Below are positions 51,401 to 64,000 of a stretch of DNA of 64,000 bases, piece after piece. The notes beneath the pieces are model-generated. The model saw only the letters and a list, made by a program, of their open reading frames with translations. It made no database searches and had not been told where the DNA came from. The position numbers and the translations under genes are program-made. Origin of the DNA: Auanema rhodensis (lineage: Eukaryota; Animalia; Nematoda). Numbering within the stretch: position 1 is the stretch's first letter; every line of letters begins with the position of its first letter. The DNA is taken from NCBI GenBank assembly GCA_964057225.1, contig OZ059898.1, forward strand, positions 558,001-622,000, written 5' to 3'.

Positions 51401-54400
51401 TGCGCTAGCTTAAAAATGCACCGAGATATCAACTGATATAAGTTCACACTTATATCCTCGATTTTCACCCTGAAGAATTAATTTTTTCGTTGAATAACAT
51501 TGTCCATCGTCTTTGCCTTGAAAAAAGGAATCTAAAAACATCTACTTGTTGCTAAATTATTTTGAAATTTTTTGAAAAAATTTTTGTCAAAATGTTTTTG
51601 GAAGCAATGTTGAGTGTACATGGAAACTCAACATACACTAATGCATTATTTTTCAAACGATCATAACTAATTTTTGTATTAAGCGTTTCTCAATGTAGTA
51701 TAGTGCATTCGATGCGGATTTTTAAGCTGCGTCGATCTGTGTTATCAGATTTGCGCTAGCTTAAAAATCCACCGAGATATCAACTGATATAAGTTCACAC
51801 TTATATCCTCGATTTTCACCCTGAAGAATTAATTTTTTCGTTGAATAACATTGTCCATCGTCTTTGCCTTGAAAAAAGAAATCTAAAAACATCTACTTGT
51901 TGCTAAATTATTTTGAAATTTTTCGAAAAAATTTTTGTCAAAATGTTTTTGGAAGCAATGTTGAGTGTACATGGAAACTCAACATACACTAATGCATCAT
52001 TTTTCAAACGATCATAACTAATTTTTGTATTAAGCGTTTCTCAATGTAGTATAGTGCATTCGATGCGGATTTTTAAGCTGCGTCGATCTGTGTTATCAGA
52101 TTTGCGCTAGCTTAAAAATGCACCGAGATATCAACTGATATAAGTTCACACTTATATCCTCGATTTTCACCCTGAAGAATTAATTTTTTCGTTGAATAAC
52201 ATTGTCCATCGTCTTTGCCTTGAAAAAAGGAATCTAAAAACATCTACTTTTTGCTAAATTATTTTGAAATTTTTCGAAAAAATTTTTGTCAAAATGTTTT
52301 TGGAAGCAATGTTGAGTGTACATGGAAACTCAACATACACTAATGCATCATTTTTCAAACGATCATAACTAATTTTTGTATTAAGCGTTTCTCAATGTAG
52401 TATAGTGCATTCGATGCGGATTTTTAAGCTGCGTCGATCTGTGTTATCAGATTTGCGCTAGCTTAAAAATGCACCGAGATATCAACTGATATAAGTTCAC
52501 ACTTATATCCTCGATTTTCACCCTGAAGAATTAATTTTTTCGTTGAATAACATTGTCCATCGTCTTTGCCTTAAAAAAAGGAATCTAAAAACATCTACTT
52601 TTTGCTAAATTATTTTGAAATTTTTCGAAAAAATTTTTGTCAAAATGTTTTTGGAAGCAATGTTGAGTGTACATGGAAACTCAACATACACTAATGCATC
52701 ATTTTTCAAACGATCATAACTAATTTTTGTATTAAGCGTTTCTCAATGTAGTATAGTGCATTCGATGCGGATTTTTAAGCTGCGTCGATCTGTGTTATCA
52801 GATTTGCGCTAGCTTAAAAATGCACCGAGATATCAACTGATATAAGTTCACACTTATATCCTCGATTTTCACCCTGAAGAATTAATTTTTTCGTTGAATA
52901 ACATTGTCCATCGTCTTTGCCTTGAAAAAAGGAATCTAAAAACATCTACTTTTTGCTAAATTATTTTGAAATTTTTCGAAAAAATTTTTGTCAAAATGTT
53001 TTTGGAAGCAATGTTGAGTGTACATGGAAACTCAACATACACTAATGCATCATTTTTCAAACGATCATAACTAATTTTTGTATTAAGCGTTTCTCAATGT
53101 AGTATAGTGCATTCGATGCGGATTTTTAAGCTGCGTCGATCTGTGTTATCAGATTTGCGCTAGCTTAAAAATGCACCGAGATATCAACTGATATAAGTTC
53201 ACACTTATATCCTCGATTTTCACCCTGAAGAATTAATTTTTTCGTTGAATAACATTGTCCATCGTCTTTGCCTTGAGAAAAGGAATCTAAAAACATCTAC
53301 TTTTTGCTAAATTATTTCGAAATTTTTCGAAAAAATTTTTGTCAAAATGTTTTTGGAAGCAATGTTGAGTGTACATGGAAACTCAACATACACTAATGCA
53401 TCATTTTTCAAACGATCATAACTAATTTTTGTATTAAGCGTTTCTCAATGTCGTATAGTGCATTCGATGCGGATTTTTAAGCTGCGTCGATCTGTGTTAT
53501 CAGATTTGCGCTAGCTTAAAAATGCACCGAGATATCAACTGATATAAGTTCACACTTATATCCTCGATTTTCACCCTGAAGAATTAATTTTTTCGTTGAA
53601 TAACATTGTCCATCGTCTTTGCCTTGAAAAAAGGAATCTAAAAACATCTACTTTTTGCTAAATTATTTTGAAATTTTTCGAAAAAATTTTTGTCAAAATG
53701 TTTTTGGAAGCAATGTTGAGTGTACATGGAAACTCAACATACACTAATGCATTATTTTTCAAACGATCATAACTAATTTTTGTATTAAGCGTTTCTCAAT
53801 GTAGTATAGTGCATTCGATGCGGATTTTTAAGCTGCGTCGATCTGTGTTATCAGATTTGCGCTAGCTTAAAAATGCACCGAGATATCAACTGATATAAGT
53901 TCACACTTATATCCTCAATTTTCACCCTGAAAAATTAATTTTTTCGTTGAATAACATTGTCCATCGTCTTTGCCTTGAAAAAAGGAATCTAAAAACATCT
54001 ACTTTTTGCTAAATTATTTTGAAAATTTTCGAAAAAATTTTTGTCAAAATGTTTTTGGAAGCAATGTTGAGTGTACATGGAAACTCAACATACACTAATG
54101 CATCATTTTTCAAACGATCATAACTAATTTTTGTATTAAGCGTTTCTCAATGTAGTATAGTGCAATCGATGCGGATTTTTAAGCTGCGTCGATCTGTGTT
54201 ATCAGATTTGCGCTAGCTTAAAAATGCACCGAGATATCAACTGATATAAGTTCACACTTATATCCTCGATTTTCACCCTGAAGAATTAATTTTTTCGTTG
54301 AATAACATTGTCCATCGTCTTTGCCTTGAAAAAAGGAATCTAAAAACATCTACTTTTTGCTAAATTATTTTGAAATTTTTCGAAAAAATTTTTGTCAAAA

Positions 54401-57400
54401 TGTTTTTGGAAGCAATGTTGAGTGTACATGGAAACTCAACATACACTAATGCATCATTTTTCAAACGATCATAACTAATTTTTGTATTAAGCGTTTCTCA
54501 ATGTAGTATAGTGCATTCGATGCGGATTTTTAAGCTGCGTCGATCTGTGTTATCAGATTTGCGCTAGCTTAAAAATCTACCGAGATATCAACTGATATAA
54601 GTTCACACTTATATCCTCGATTTTCACCCTGAAGAATTAATTTTTTCGTTGAATAACATTGTCCATCGTCTTTGCCTTGAAAAAAGGAATCTAAAAACAT
54701 CTACTTTTTGCTAAATTATTTTGAAATTTTTCGAAAAAATTTTTGTCAAAATGTTTTTGGAAGCAATGTTGAGTGTACATGGAAACTCAACATACACTAA
54801 TGCATCATTTTTCAAACGATCATAACTAATTTTTGTATTAAGCGTTTCTCAATGTAGTATAGTGCATTCGATGCGGATTTTTAAGCTGCGTCGATCTGTG
54901 TTATCAGATTTGCGCTAGCTTAAAAATGCACCGAGATATCAACTGATATAAGTTCACACTTATATCCTCGATTTTCACCCTGAAGAATTAATGTTTTCGT
55001 TGAATAACATTGTCCATCGTCTTTGCCTTGAAAAAAGGAATCTAAAAACATCTACTTTTTGCTAAATTATTTTGAAATTTTTCGAAAAAATTTTTGTCAA
55101 AATGTTTTTGGAAGCAATGTTGAGTGTACATGGAAACTCAACATACACTAATGCATCATTTTTCAAACGATCATAACTAATTTTTGTATTAAGCGTTTCT
55201 CAATGTAGTATAGTGCATTCGATGCGGATTTTTAAGCTGCGTCGATCTGTGTTATCAGATTTGCGCTAGCTTAAAAATGCACCGAGATATCAACTGATAT
55301 AAGTTCACACTTATATCCTCGATTTTCACCCTGAAGAATTAATTTTTTCGTTGAATAACATTGTCCATCGTCTTTGCCTTGAAAAAAGGAATCTAAAAAC
55401 ATCTACTTTTTGCTAAATTATTTTGAAATTTTTCGAAAAAATTTTTGTCAAAATGTTTTTGGAAGCAATGTTGAGTGTACATGGAAACTCAACATACACT
55501 AATGCATCATTTTTCAAACGATCATAACTAATTTTTGTATTAAGCGTTTCTCAATGTAGTATAGTGCATTCGATGCGGATTTTTAAGCTGCGTCGATCTG
55601 TGTTATCAGATTTGCGCTAGCTTAAAAATGCACCGAGATATCAACTGATATAAGTTCACACTTATATCCTCGATTTTCACCCTGAAGAATTAATTTTTTC
55701 GTTGAATAACATTGTCCATCGTCTTTGCCTTGAAAAAAGAAATCTAAAAACATCTACTTTTCGCTAAATTATTTTGAAATTTTTCGAAAAAATTTTTGTC
55801 AAAATGTTTTTGGAAGCAATGTTGAGTGTACATGGAAACTCAACATACACTAATGCATCATTTTTCAAACGATCATAACTAATTTTTGTATTAAGCGTTT
55901 CTCAATGTAGTATAGTGCATTCGATGCGGATTTTTAAGCTGCGTCGATCTGTGTTATCAGATTTGCGCTAGCTTAAAAATGCACCGAGATATCAACTGAT
56001 ATAAGTTCACACTTATATCCTCGATTTTCACCCTGAAGAATTAATTTTTTCGTTGAATAACATTGTCCATCGTCTTTGCCTTGAGAAAAGGAATCTAAAA
56101 ACATCTACTTTTTGCTAAATTATTTTGAAATTTTTCGAAAAAATTTTTGTCAAAATGTTTTTGGAAGCAATGTTGAGTGTACATGGAAACTCAACATACA
56201 CTAATGCATCATTTTTCAAACGATCATAACTAATTTTTGTATTAAGCGTTTCTCAATGTAGTATAGTGCATTCGATGCGGATTTTTAAGCTGCGTCGATC
56301 TGTGTTATCAGATTTGCGCTAGCTTAAAAATGCACCGAGATATCAACTGATATAAGTTCACACTTATATCCTCGATTTTCACCCTGAAGAATTAATTTTT
56401 TCGTTGAATAACATTGTCCATCGTCTTTGCCTTGAAAAAAGGAATCTAAAAACATCTACTTGTTGCTAAATTATTTTGAAATTTTTTGAAAAAATTTTTG
56501 TCAAAATGTTTTTGGAAGCAATGTTGAGTGTACATGGAAACTCAACATACACTAATGCATTATTTTTCAAACGATCATAACTAATTTTTGTATTAAGCGT
56601 TTCTCAATGTAGTATAGTGCATTCGATGCGGATTTTTAAGCTGCGTCGATCTGTGTTATCAGATTTGCGCTAGCTTAAAAATCCACCGAGATATCAACTG
56701 ATATAAGTTCACACTTATATCCTCGATTTTCACCCTGAAGAATTAATTTTTTCGTTGAATAACATTGTCCATCGTCTTTGCCTTGAAAAAAGAAATCTAA
56801 AAACATCTACTTGTTGCTAAATTATTTTGAAATTTTTCGAAAAAATTTTTGTCAAAATGTTTTTGGAAGCAATGTTGAGTGTACATGGAAACTCAACATA
56901 CACTAATGCATCATTTTTCAAACGATCATAACTAATTTTTGTATTAAGCGTTTCTCAATGTAGTATAGTGCATTCGATGCGGATTTTTAAGCTGCGTCGA
57001 TCTGTGTTATCAGATTTGCGCTAGCTTAAAAATGCACCGAGATATCAACTGATATAAGTTCACACTTATATCCTCGATTTTCACCCTGAAGAATTAATTT
57101 TTTCGTTGAATAACATTGTCCATCGTCTTTGCCTTGAAAAAAGGAATCTAAAAACATCTACTTTTTGCTAAATTATTTTGAAATTTTTCGAAAAAATTTT
57201 TGTCAAAATGTTTTTGGAAGCAATGTTGAGTGTACATGGAAACTCAACATACACTAATGCATCATTTTTCAAACGATCATAACTAATTTTTGTATTAAGC
57301 GTTTCTCAATGTAGTATAGTGCATTCGATGCGGATTTTTAAGCTGCGTCGATCTGTGTTATCAGATTTGCGCTAGCTTAAAAATGCACCGAGATATCAAC

Positions 57401-60400
57401 TGATATAAGTTCACACTTATATCCTCGATTTTCACCCTGAAGAATTAATTTTTTCGTTGAATAACATTGTCCATCGTCTTTGCCTTAAAAAAAGGAATCT
57501 AAAAACATCTACTTTTTGCTAAATTATTTTGAAATTTTTCGAAAAAATTTTTGTCAAAATGTTTTTGGAAGCAATGTTGAGTGTACATGGAAACTCAACA
57601 TACACTAATGCATCATTTTTCAAACGATCATAACTAATTTTTGTATTAAGCGTTTCTCAATGTAGTATAGTGCATTCGATGCGGATTTTTAAGCTGCGTC
57701 GATCTGTGTTATCAGATTTGCGCTAGCTTAAAAATGCACCGAGATATCAACTGATATAAGTTCACACTTATATCCTCGATTTTCACCCTGAAGAATTAAT
57801 TTTTTCGTTGAATAACATTGTCCATCGTCTTTGCCTTGAAAAAAGGAATCTAAAAACATCTACTTTTTGCTAAATTATTTTGAAATTTTTCGAAAAAATT
57901 TTTGTCAAAATGTTTTTGGAAGCAATGTTGAGTGTACATGGAAACTCAACATACACTAATGCATCATTTTTCAAACGATCATAACTAATTTTTGTATTAA
58001 GCGTTTCTCAATGTAGTATAGTGCATTCGATGCGGATTTTTAAGCTGCGTCGATCTGTGTTATCAGATTTGCGCTAGCTTAAAAATGCACCGAGATATCA
58101 ACTGATATAAGTTCACACTTATATCCTCGATTTTCACCCTGAAGAATTAATTTTTTCGTTGAATAACATTGTCCATCGTCTTTGCCTTGAGAAAAGGAAT
58201 CTAAAAACATCTACTTTTTGCTAAATTATTTTGAAATTTTTCGAAAAAATTTTTGTCAAAATGTTTTTGGAAGCAATGTTGAGTGTACATGGAAACTCAA
58301 CATACACTAATGCATCATTTTTCAAACGATCATAACTAATTTTTGTATTAAGCGTTTCTCAATGTCGTATAGTGCATTCGATGCGGATTTTTAAGCTGCG
58401 TCGATCTGTGTTATCAGATTTGCGCTAGCTTAAAAATGCACCGAGATATCAACTGATATAAGTTCACACTTATATCCTCGATTTTCACCCTGAAGAATTA
58501 ATTTTTTCGTTGAATAACATTGTCCATCGTCTTTGCCTTGAAAAAAGGAATCTAAAAACATCTACTTTTTGCTAAATTATTTTGAAATTTTTCGAAAAAA
58601 TTTTTGTCAAAATGTTTTTGGAAGCAATGTTGAGTGTACATGGAAACTCAACATACACTAATGCATTATTTTTCAAACGATCATAACTAATTTTTGTATT
58701 AAGCGTTTCTCAATGTAGTATAGTGCATTCGATGCGGATTTTTAAGCTGCGTCGATCTGTGTTATCAGATTTGCGCTAGCTTAAAAATGCACCGAGATAT
58801 CAACTGATATAAGTTCACACTTATATCCTCAATTTTCACCCTGAAAAATTAATTTTTTCGTTGAATAACATTGTCCATCGTCTTTGCCTTGAAAAAAGGA
58901 ATCTAAAAACATCTACTTTTTGCTAAATTATTTTGAAAATTTTCGAAAAAATTTTTGTCAAAATGTTTTTGGAAGCAATGTTGAGTGTACATGGAAACTC
59001 AACATACACTAATGCATCATTTTTCAAACGATCATAACTAATTTTTGTATTAAGCGTTTCTCAATGTAGTATAGTGCAATCGATGCGGATTTTTAAGCTG
59101 CGTCGATCTGTGTTATCAGATTTGCGCTAGCTTAAAAATGCACCGAGATATCAACTGATATAAGTTCACACTTATATCCTCGATTTTCACCCTGAAGAAT
59201 TAATTTTTTCGTTGAATAACATTGTCCATCGTCTTTGCCTTGAAAAAAGGAATCTAAAAACATCTACTTTTTGCTAAATTATTTTGAAATTTTTCGAAAA
59301 AATTTTTGTCAAAATGTTTTTGGAAGCAATGTTGAGTGTACATGGAAACTCAACATACACTAATGCATCATTTTTCAAACGATCATAACTAATTTTTGTA
59401 TTAAGCGTTTCTCAATGTAGTATAGTGCATTCGATGCGGATTTTTAAGCTGCGTCGATCTGTGTTATCAGATTTGCGCTAGCTTAAAAATCTACCGAGAT
59501 ATCAACTGATATAAGTTCACACTTATATCCTCGATTTTCACCCTGAAGAATTAATTTTTTCGTTGAATAACATTGTCCATCGTCTTTGCCTTGAAAAAAG
59601 GAATCTAAAAACATCTACTTTTTGCTAAATTATTTTGAAATTTTTCGAAAAAATTTTTGTCAAAATGTTTTTGGAAGCAATGTTGAGTGTACATGGAAAC
59701 TCAACATACACTAATGCATCATTTTTCAAACGATCATAACTAATTTTTGTATTAAGCGTTTCTCAATGTAGTATAGTGCATTCGATGCGGATTTTTAAGC
59801 TGCGTCGATCTGTGTTATCAGATTTGCGCTAGCTTAAAAATGCACCGAGATATCAACTGATATAAGTTCACACTTATATCCTCGATTTTCACCCTGAAGA
59901 ATTAATGTTTTCGTTGAATAACATTGTCCATCGTCTTTGCCTTGAAAAAAGGAATCTAAAAACATCTACTTTTTGCTAAATTATTTTGAAATTTTTCGAA
60001 AAAATTTTTGTCAAAATGTTTTTGGAAGCAATGTTGAGTGTACATGGAAACTCAACATACACTAATGCATCATTTTTCAAACGATCATAACTAATTTTTG
60101 TATTAAGCGTTTCTCAATGTAGTATAGTGCATTCGATGCGGATTTTTAAGCTGCGTCGATCTGTGTTATCAGATTTGCGCTAGCTTAAAAATGCACCGAG
60201 ATATCAACTGATATAAGTTCACACTTATATCCTCGATTTTCACCCTGAAGAATTAATTTTTTCGTTGAATAACATTGTCCATCGTCTTTGCCTTGAAAAA
60301 AGGAATCTAAAAACATCTACTTTTTGCTAAATTATTTTGAAATTTTTCGAAAAAATTTTTGTCAAAATGTTTTTGGAAGCAATGTTGAGTGTACATGGAA

Positions 60401-63400
60401 ACTCAACATACACTAATGCATCATTTTTCAAACGATCATAACTAATTTTTGTATTAAGCGTTTCTCAATGTAGTATAGTGCATTCGATGCGGATTTTTAA
60501 GCTGCGTCGATCTGTGTTATCAGATTTGCGCTAGCTTAAAAATGCACCGAGATATCAACTGATATAAGTTCACACTTATATCCTCGATTTTCACCCTGAA
60601 GAATTAATTTTTTCGTTGAATAACATTGTCCATCGTCTTTGCCTTGAAAAAAGGAATCTAAAAACATCTACTTTTTGCTAAATTATTTTGAAATTTTTCG
60701 AAAAAATTTTTGTCAAAATGTTTTTGGAAGCAATGTTGAGTGTACATGGAAACTCAACATACACTAATGCATTATTTTTCAAACGATCATAACTAATTTT
60801 TGTATTAAGCGTTTCTCAATGTAGTATAGTGCATTCGATGCGGATTTTTAAGCTGCGTCGATCTGTGTTATCAGATTTGCGCTAGCTTAAAAATGCACCG
60901 AGATATCAACTGATATAAGTTCACACTTATATCCTCAATTTTCACCCTGAAAAATTAATTTTTTCGTTGAATAACATTGTCCATCGTCTTTGCCTTGAAA
61001 AAAGGAATCTAAAAACATCTACTTTTTGCTAAATTATTTTGAAAATTTTCGAAAAAATTTTTGTCAAAATGTTTTTGGAAGCAATGTTGAGTGTACATGG
61101 AAACTCAACATACACTAATGCATCATTTTTCAAACGATCATAACTAATTTTTGTATTAAGCGTTTCTCAATGTAGTATAGTGCATTCGATGCGGATTTTT
61201 AAGCTGCGTCGATCTGTGTTATCAGATTTGCGCTAGCTTAAAAATGCACCGAGATATCAACTGATATAAGTTCACACTTATATCCTCGATTTTCACCCTG
61301 AAGAATTAATTTTTTCGTTGAATAACATTGTCCATCGTCTTTGCCTTGAAAAAAGGAATCTAAAAACATCTACTTTTTGCTAAATTATTTTGAAATTTTT
61401 CGAAAAAATTTTTGTCAAAATGTTTTTGGAAGCAATGTTGAGTGTACATGGAAACTCAACATACACTAATGCATCATTTTTCAAACGATCATAACTAATT
61501 TTTGTATTAAGCGTTTCTCAATGTAGTATAGTGCATTCGATGCGGATTTTTAAGCTGCGTCGATCTGTGTTATCAGATTTGCGCTAGCTTAAAAATCCAC
61601 CGAGATATCAACTGATATAAGTTCACACTTATATCCTCGATTTTCACCCTGAAGAATTAATTTTTTCGTTGAATAACATTGTCCATCGTCTTTGCCTTGA
61701 AAAAAGGAATCTGAAAACATCTACTTTTTGCTAAATTATTTTGAAATTTTTCGAAAAAATTTTTGTCAAAATGTTTTTGGAAGCAATGTTGAGTGTACAT
61801 GGAAACTCAACATACACTAATGCATCATTTTTCAAACGATCATAACTAATTTTTGTATTAAGCGTTTCTCAATGTAGTATAGTGCATTCGATGCGGATTT
61901 TTAAGCTGCGTCGATCTGTGTTATCAGATTTGCGCTAGCTTAAAAATGCACCGAGATATCAACTGATATAAGTTCACACTTATATCCTCGATTTTCACCC
62001 TGAAGAATTAATTTTTTCGTTGAATAACATTGTCCATCGTCTTTGCCTTGAAAAAAGGAATCTAAAAACATCTACTTTTCGCTAAATTATTTTGAAATTT
62101 TTCGAAAAAATTTTTGTCAAAATGTTTTTGGAAGCAATGTTGAGTGTACATGGAAACTCAACATACACTAATGCATCATTTTTCAAACGATCATAACTAA
62201 TTTTTGTATTAAGCGTTTCTCAATGTAGTATAGTGCATTCGATGCGGATTTTTAAGCTGCGTCGATCTGTGTTATCAGATTTGCGCTAGCTTAAAAATGC
62301 ACCGAGATATCAACTGATATAAGTTCACACTTATATCCTCGATTTTCACCCTGAAGAATTAATTTTTTCGTTGAATAACATTGTCCATCGTCTTTGCCTT
62401 GAGAAAAGGAATCTAAAAACATCTACTTTTTGCTAAATTATTTTGAAATTTTTCGAAAAAATTTTTGTCAAAATGTTTTTGGAAGCAATGTTGAGTGTAC
62501 ATGGAAACTCAACATACACTAATGCATCATTTTTCAAACGATCATAACTAATTTTTGTATTAAGCGTTTCTCAATGTAGTATAGTGCATTCGATGCGGAT
62601 TTTTAAGCTGCGTCGATCTGTGTTATCAGATTTGCGCTAGCTTAAAAATGCACCGAGATATCAACTGATATAAGTTCACACTTATATCCTCGATTTTCAC
62701 CCTGAAGAATTAATTTTTTCGTTGAATAACATTGTCCATCGTCTTTGCCTTGAAAAAAGGAATCTAAAAACATCTACTTGTTGCTAAATTATTTTGAAAT
62801 TTTTTGAAAAAATTTTTGTCAAAATGTTTTTGGAAGCAATGTTGAGTGTACATGGAAACTCAACATACACTAATGCATTATTTTTCAAACGATCATAACT
62901 AATTTTTGTATTAAGCGTTTCTCAATGTAGTATAGTGCATTCGATGCGGATTTTTAAGCTGCGTCGATCTGTGTTATCAGATTTGCGCTAGCTTAAAAAT
63001 CCACCGAGATATCAACTGATATAAGTTCACACTTATATCCTCGATTTTCACCCTGAAGAATTAATTTTTTCGTTGAATAACATTGTCCATCGTCTTTGCC
63101 TTGAAAAAAGAAATCTAAAAACATCTACTTGTTGCTAAATTATTTTGAAATTTTTCGAAAAAATTTTTGTCAAAATGTTTTTGGAAGCAATGTTGAGTGT
63201 ACATGGAAACTCAACATACACTAATGCATCATTTTTCAAACGATCATAACTAATTTTTGTATTAAGCGTTTCTCAATGTAGTATAGTGCATTCGATGCGG
63301 ATTTTTAAGCTGCGTCGATCTGTGTTATCAGATTTGCGCTAGCTTAAAAATGCACCGAGATATCAACTGATATAAGTTCACACTTATATCCTCGATTTTC

Positions 63401-64000
63401 ACCCTGAAGAATTAATTTTTTCGTTGAATAACATTGTCCATCGTCTTTGCCTTGAAAAAAGGAATCTAAAAACATCTACTTTTTGCTAAATTATTTTGAA
63501 ATTTTTCGAAAAAATTTTTGTCAAAATGTTTTTGGAAGCAATGTTGAGTGTACATGGAAACTCAACATACACTAATGCATCATTTTTCAAACGATCATAA
63601 CTAATTTTTGTATTAAGCGTTTCTCAATGTAGTATAGTGCATTCGATGCGGATTTTTAAGCTGCGTCGATCTGTGTTATCAGATTTGCGCTAGCTTAAAA
63701 ATGCACCGAGATATCAACTGATATAAGTTCACACTTATATCCTCGATTTTCACCCTGAAGAATTAATTTTTTCGTTGAATAACATTGTCCATCGTCTTTG
63801 CCTTAAAAAAAGGAATCTAAAAACATCTACTTTTTGCTAAATTATTTTGAAATTTTTCGAAAAAATTTTTGTCAAAATGTTTTTGGAAGCAATGTTGAGT
63901 GTACATGGAAACTCAACATACACTAATGCATCATTTTTCAAACGATCATAACTAATTTTTGTATTAAGCGTTTCTCAATGTAGTATAGTGCATTCGATGC
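48448..64000 (+). repeat. 18-monomer higher-order repeat (6318 bp) with one 14-monomer (4914 bp) variant copy
   Basis: The series [T295C][A267G][T293G,C318T][C41T,G163C,G273A,T293G][cons][G265A]... starts at 50554, 55468 and 61786 (spacings 4914 and 6318). The block [T228G][cons][cons][C41T,G205A,G220A,T313A][cons][G163C,A279G] occurs at 48448-50553 and 59680-61785. Confidence 0.88.

Larger units (their letters stand above)
1..64000. repeat. Tandem satellite DNA array, 351-bp monomer, about 182.3 copies, head-to-tail, extending beyond both window edges
   Basis: ATGTTGAGTGTACATGGAAAC recurs at 1, 352, 703 ... 7021, 14041, 21061 (exact 351-bp period up to about 24 kb). The last copy starts at 63892 = 182x351+1+9. 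The +9 offset equals the indels I counted (4 x +2, 7 x +1, 1 x -6). There is no non-repeat interruption or strand switch. Confidence 0.99.

Noticed and set aside
1-64000. CRISPR array (regularly spaced palindromic 28-bp IR1)
   Set aside because: The sequence between the palindromes is identical from copy to copy, so there are no unique spacers. The period is 351 bp and there are no cas genes.

Overview
The whole 64,000-bp window is one uninterrupted head-to-tail satellite DNA array of a 351-bp AT-rich monomer (about 31% GC by hand count). It holds 182 complete copies plus a partial 183rd starting at 63892, all in the same orientation, typically with 0-5 differences from consensus per copy. 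I see no genes, RNA genes, transposon insertions, CRISPR spacers or unique sequence. The six ORFs in the track arise from a single satellite SNP (T298C) that removes a stop codon. The informative structure lies at two levels. (1) Each monomer is packed with inverted repeats and A/T tracts. (2) Diagnostic SNPs reveal local higher-order repeats (about 3-, 4/11-, 5-, 6-, 8-, 14- and 18-mers) and a three-domain layout in which a more diverged, indel-containing middle (about 24-42 kb) lies between two cleaner domains that share variants. The pattern fits eukaryotic (peri)centromeric or heterochromatic satellite DNA, probably from a host with little CpG methylation, but I cannot name the organism or family. 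I do not find a novel gene-based system. Monomer positions below are numbered from window base 1 (ATGTTGAGTG...). Variant calls were read by eye and should be confirmed computationally.
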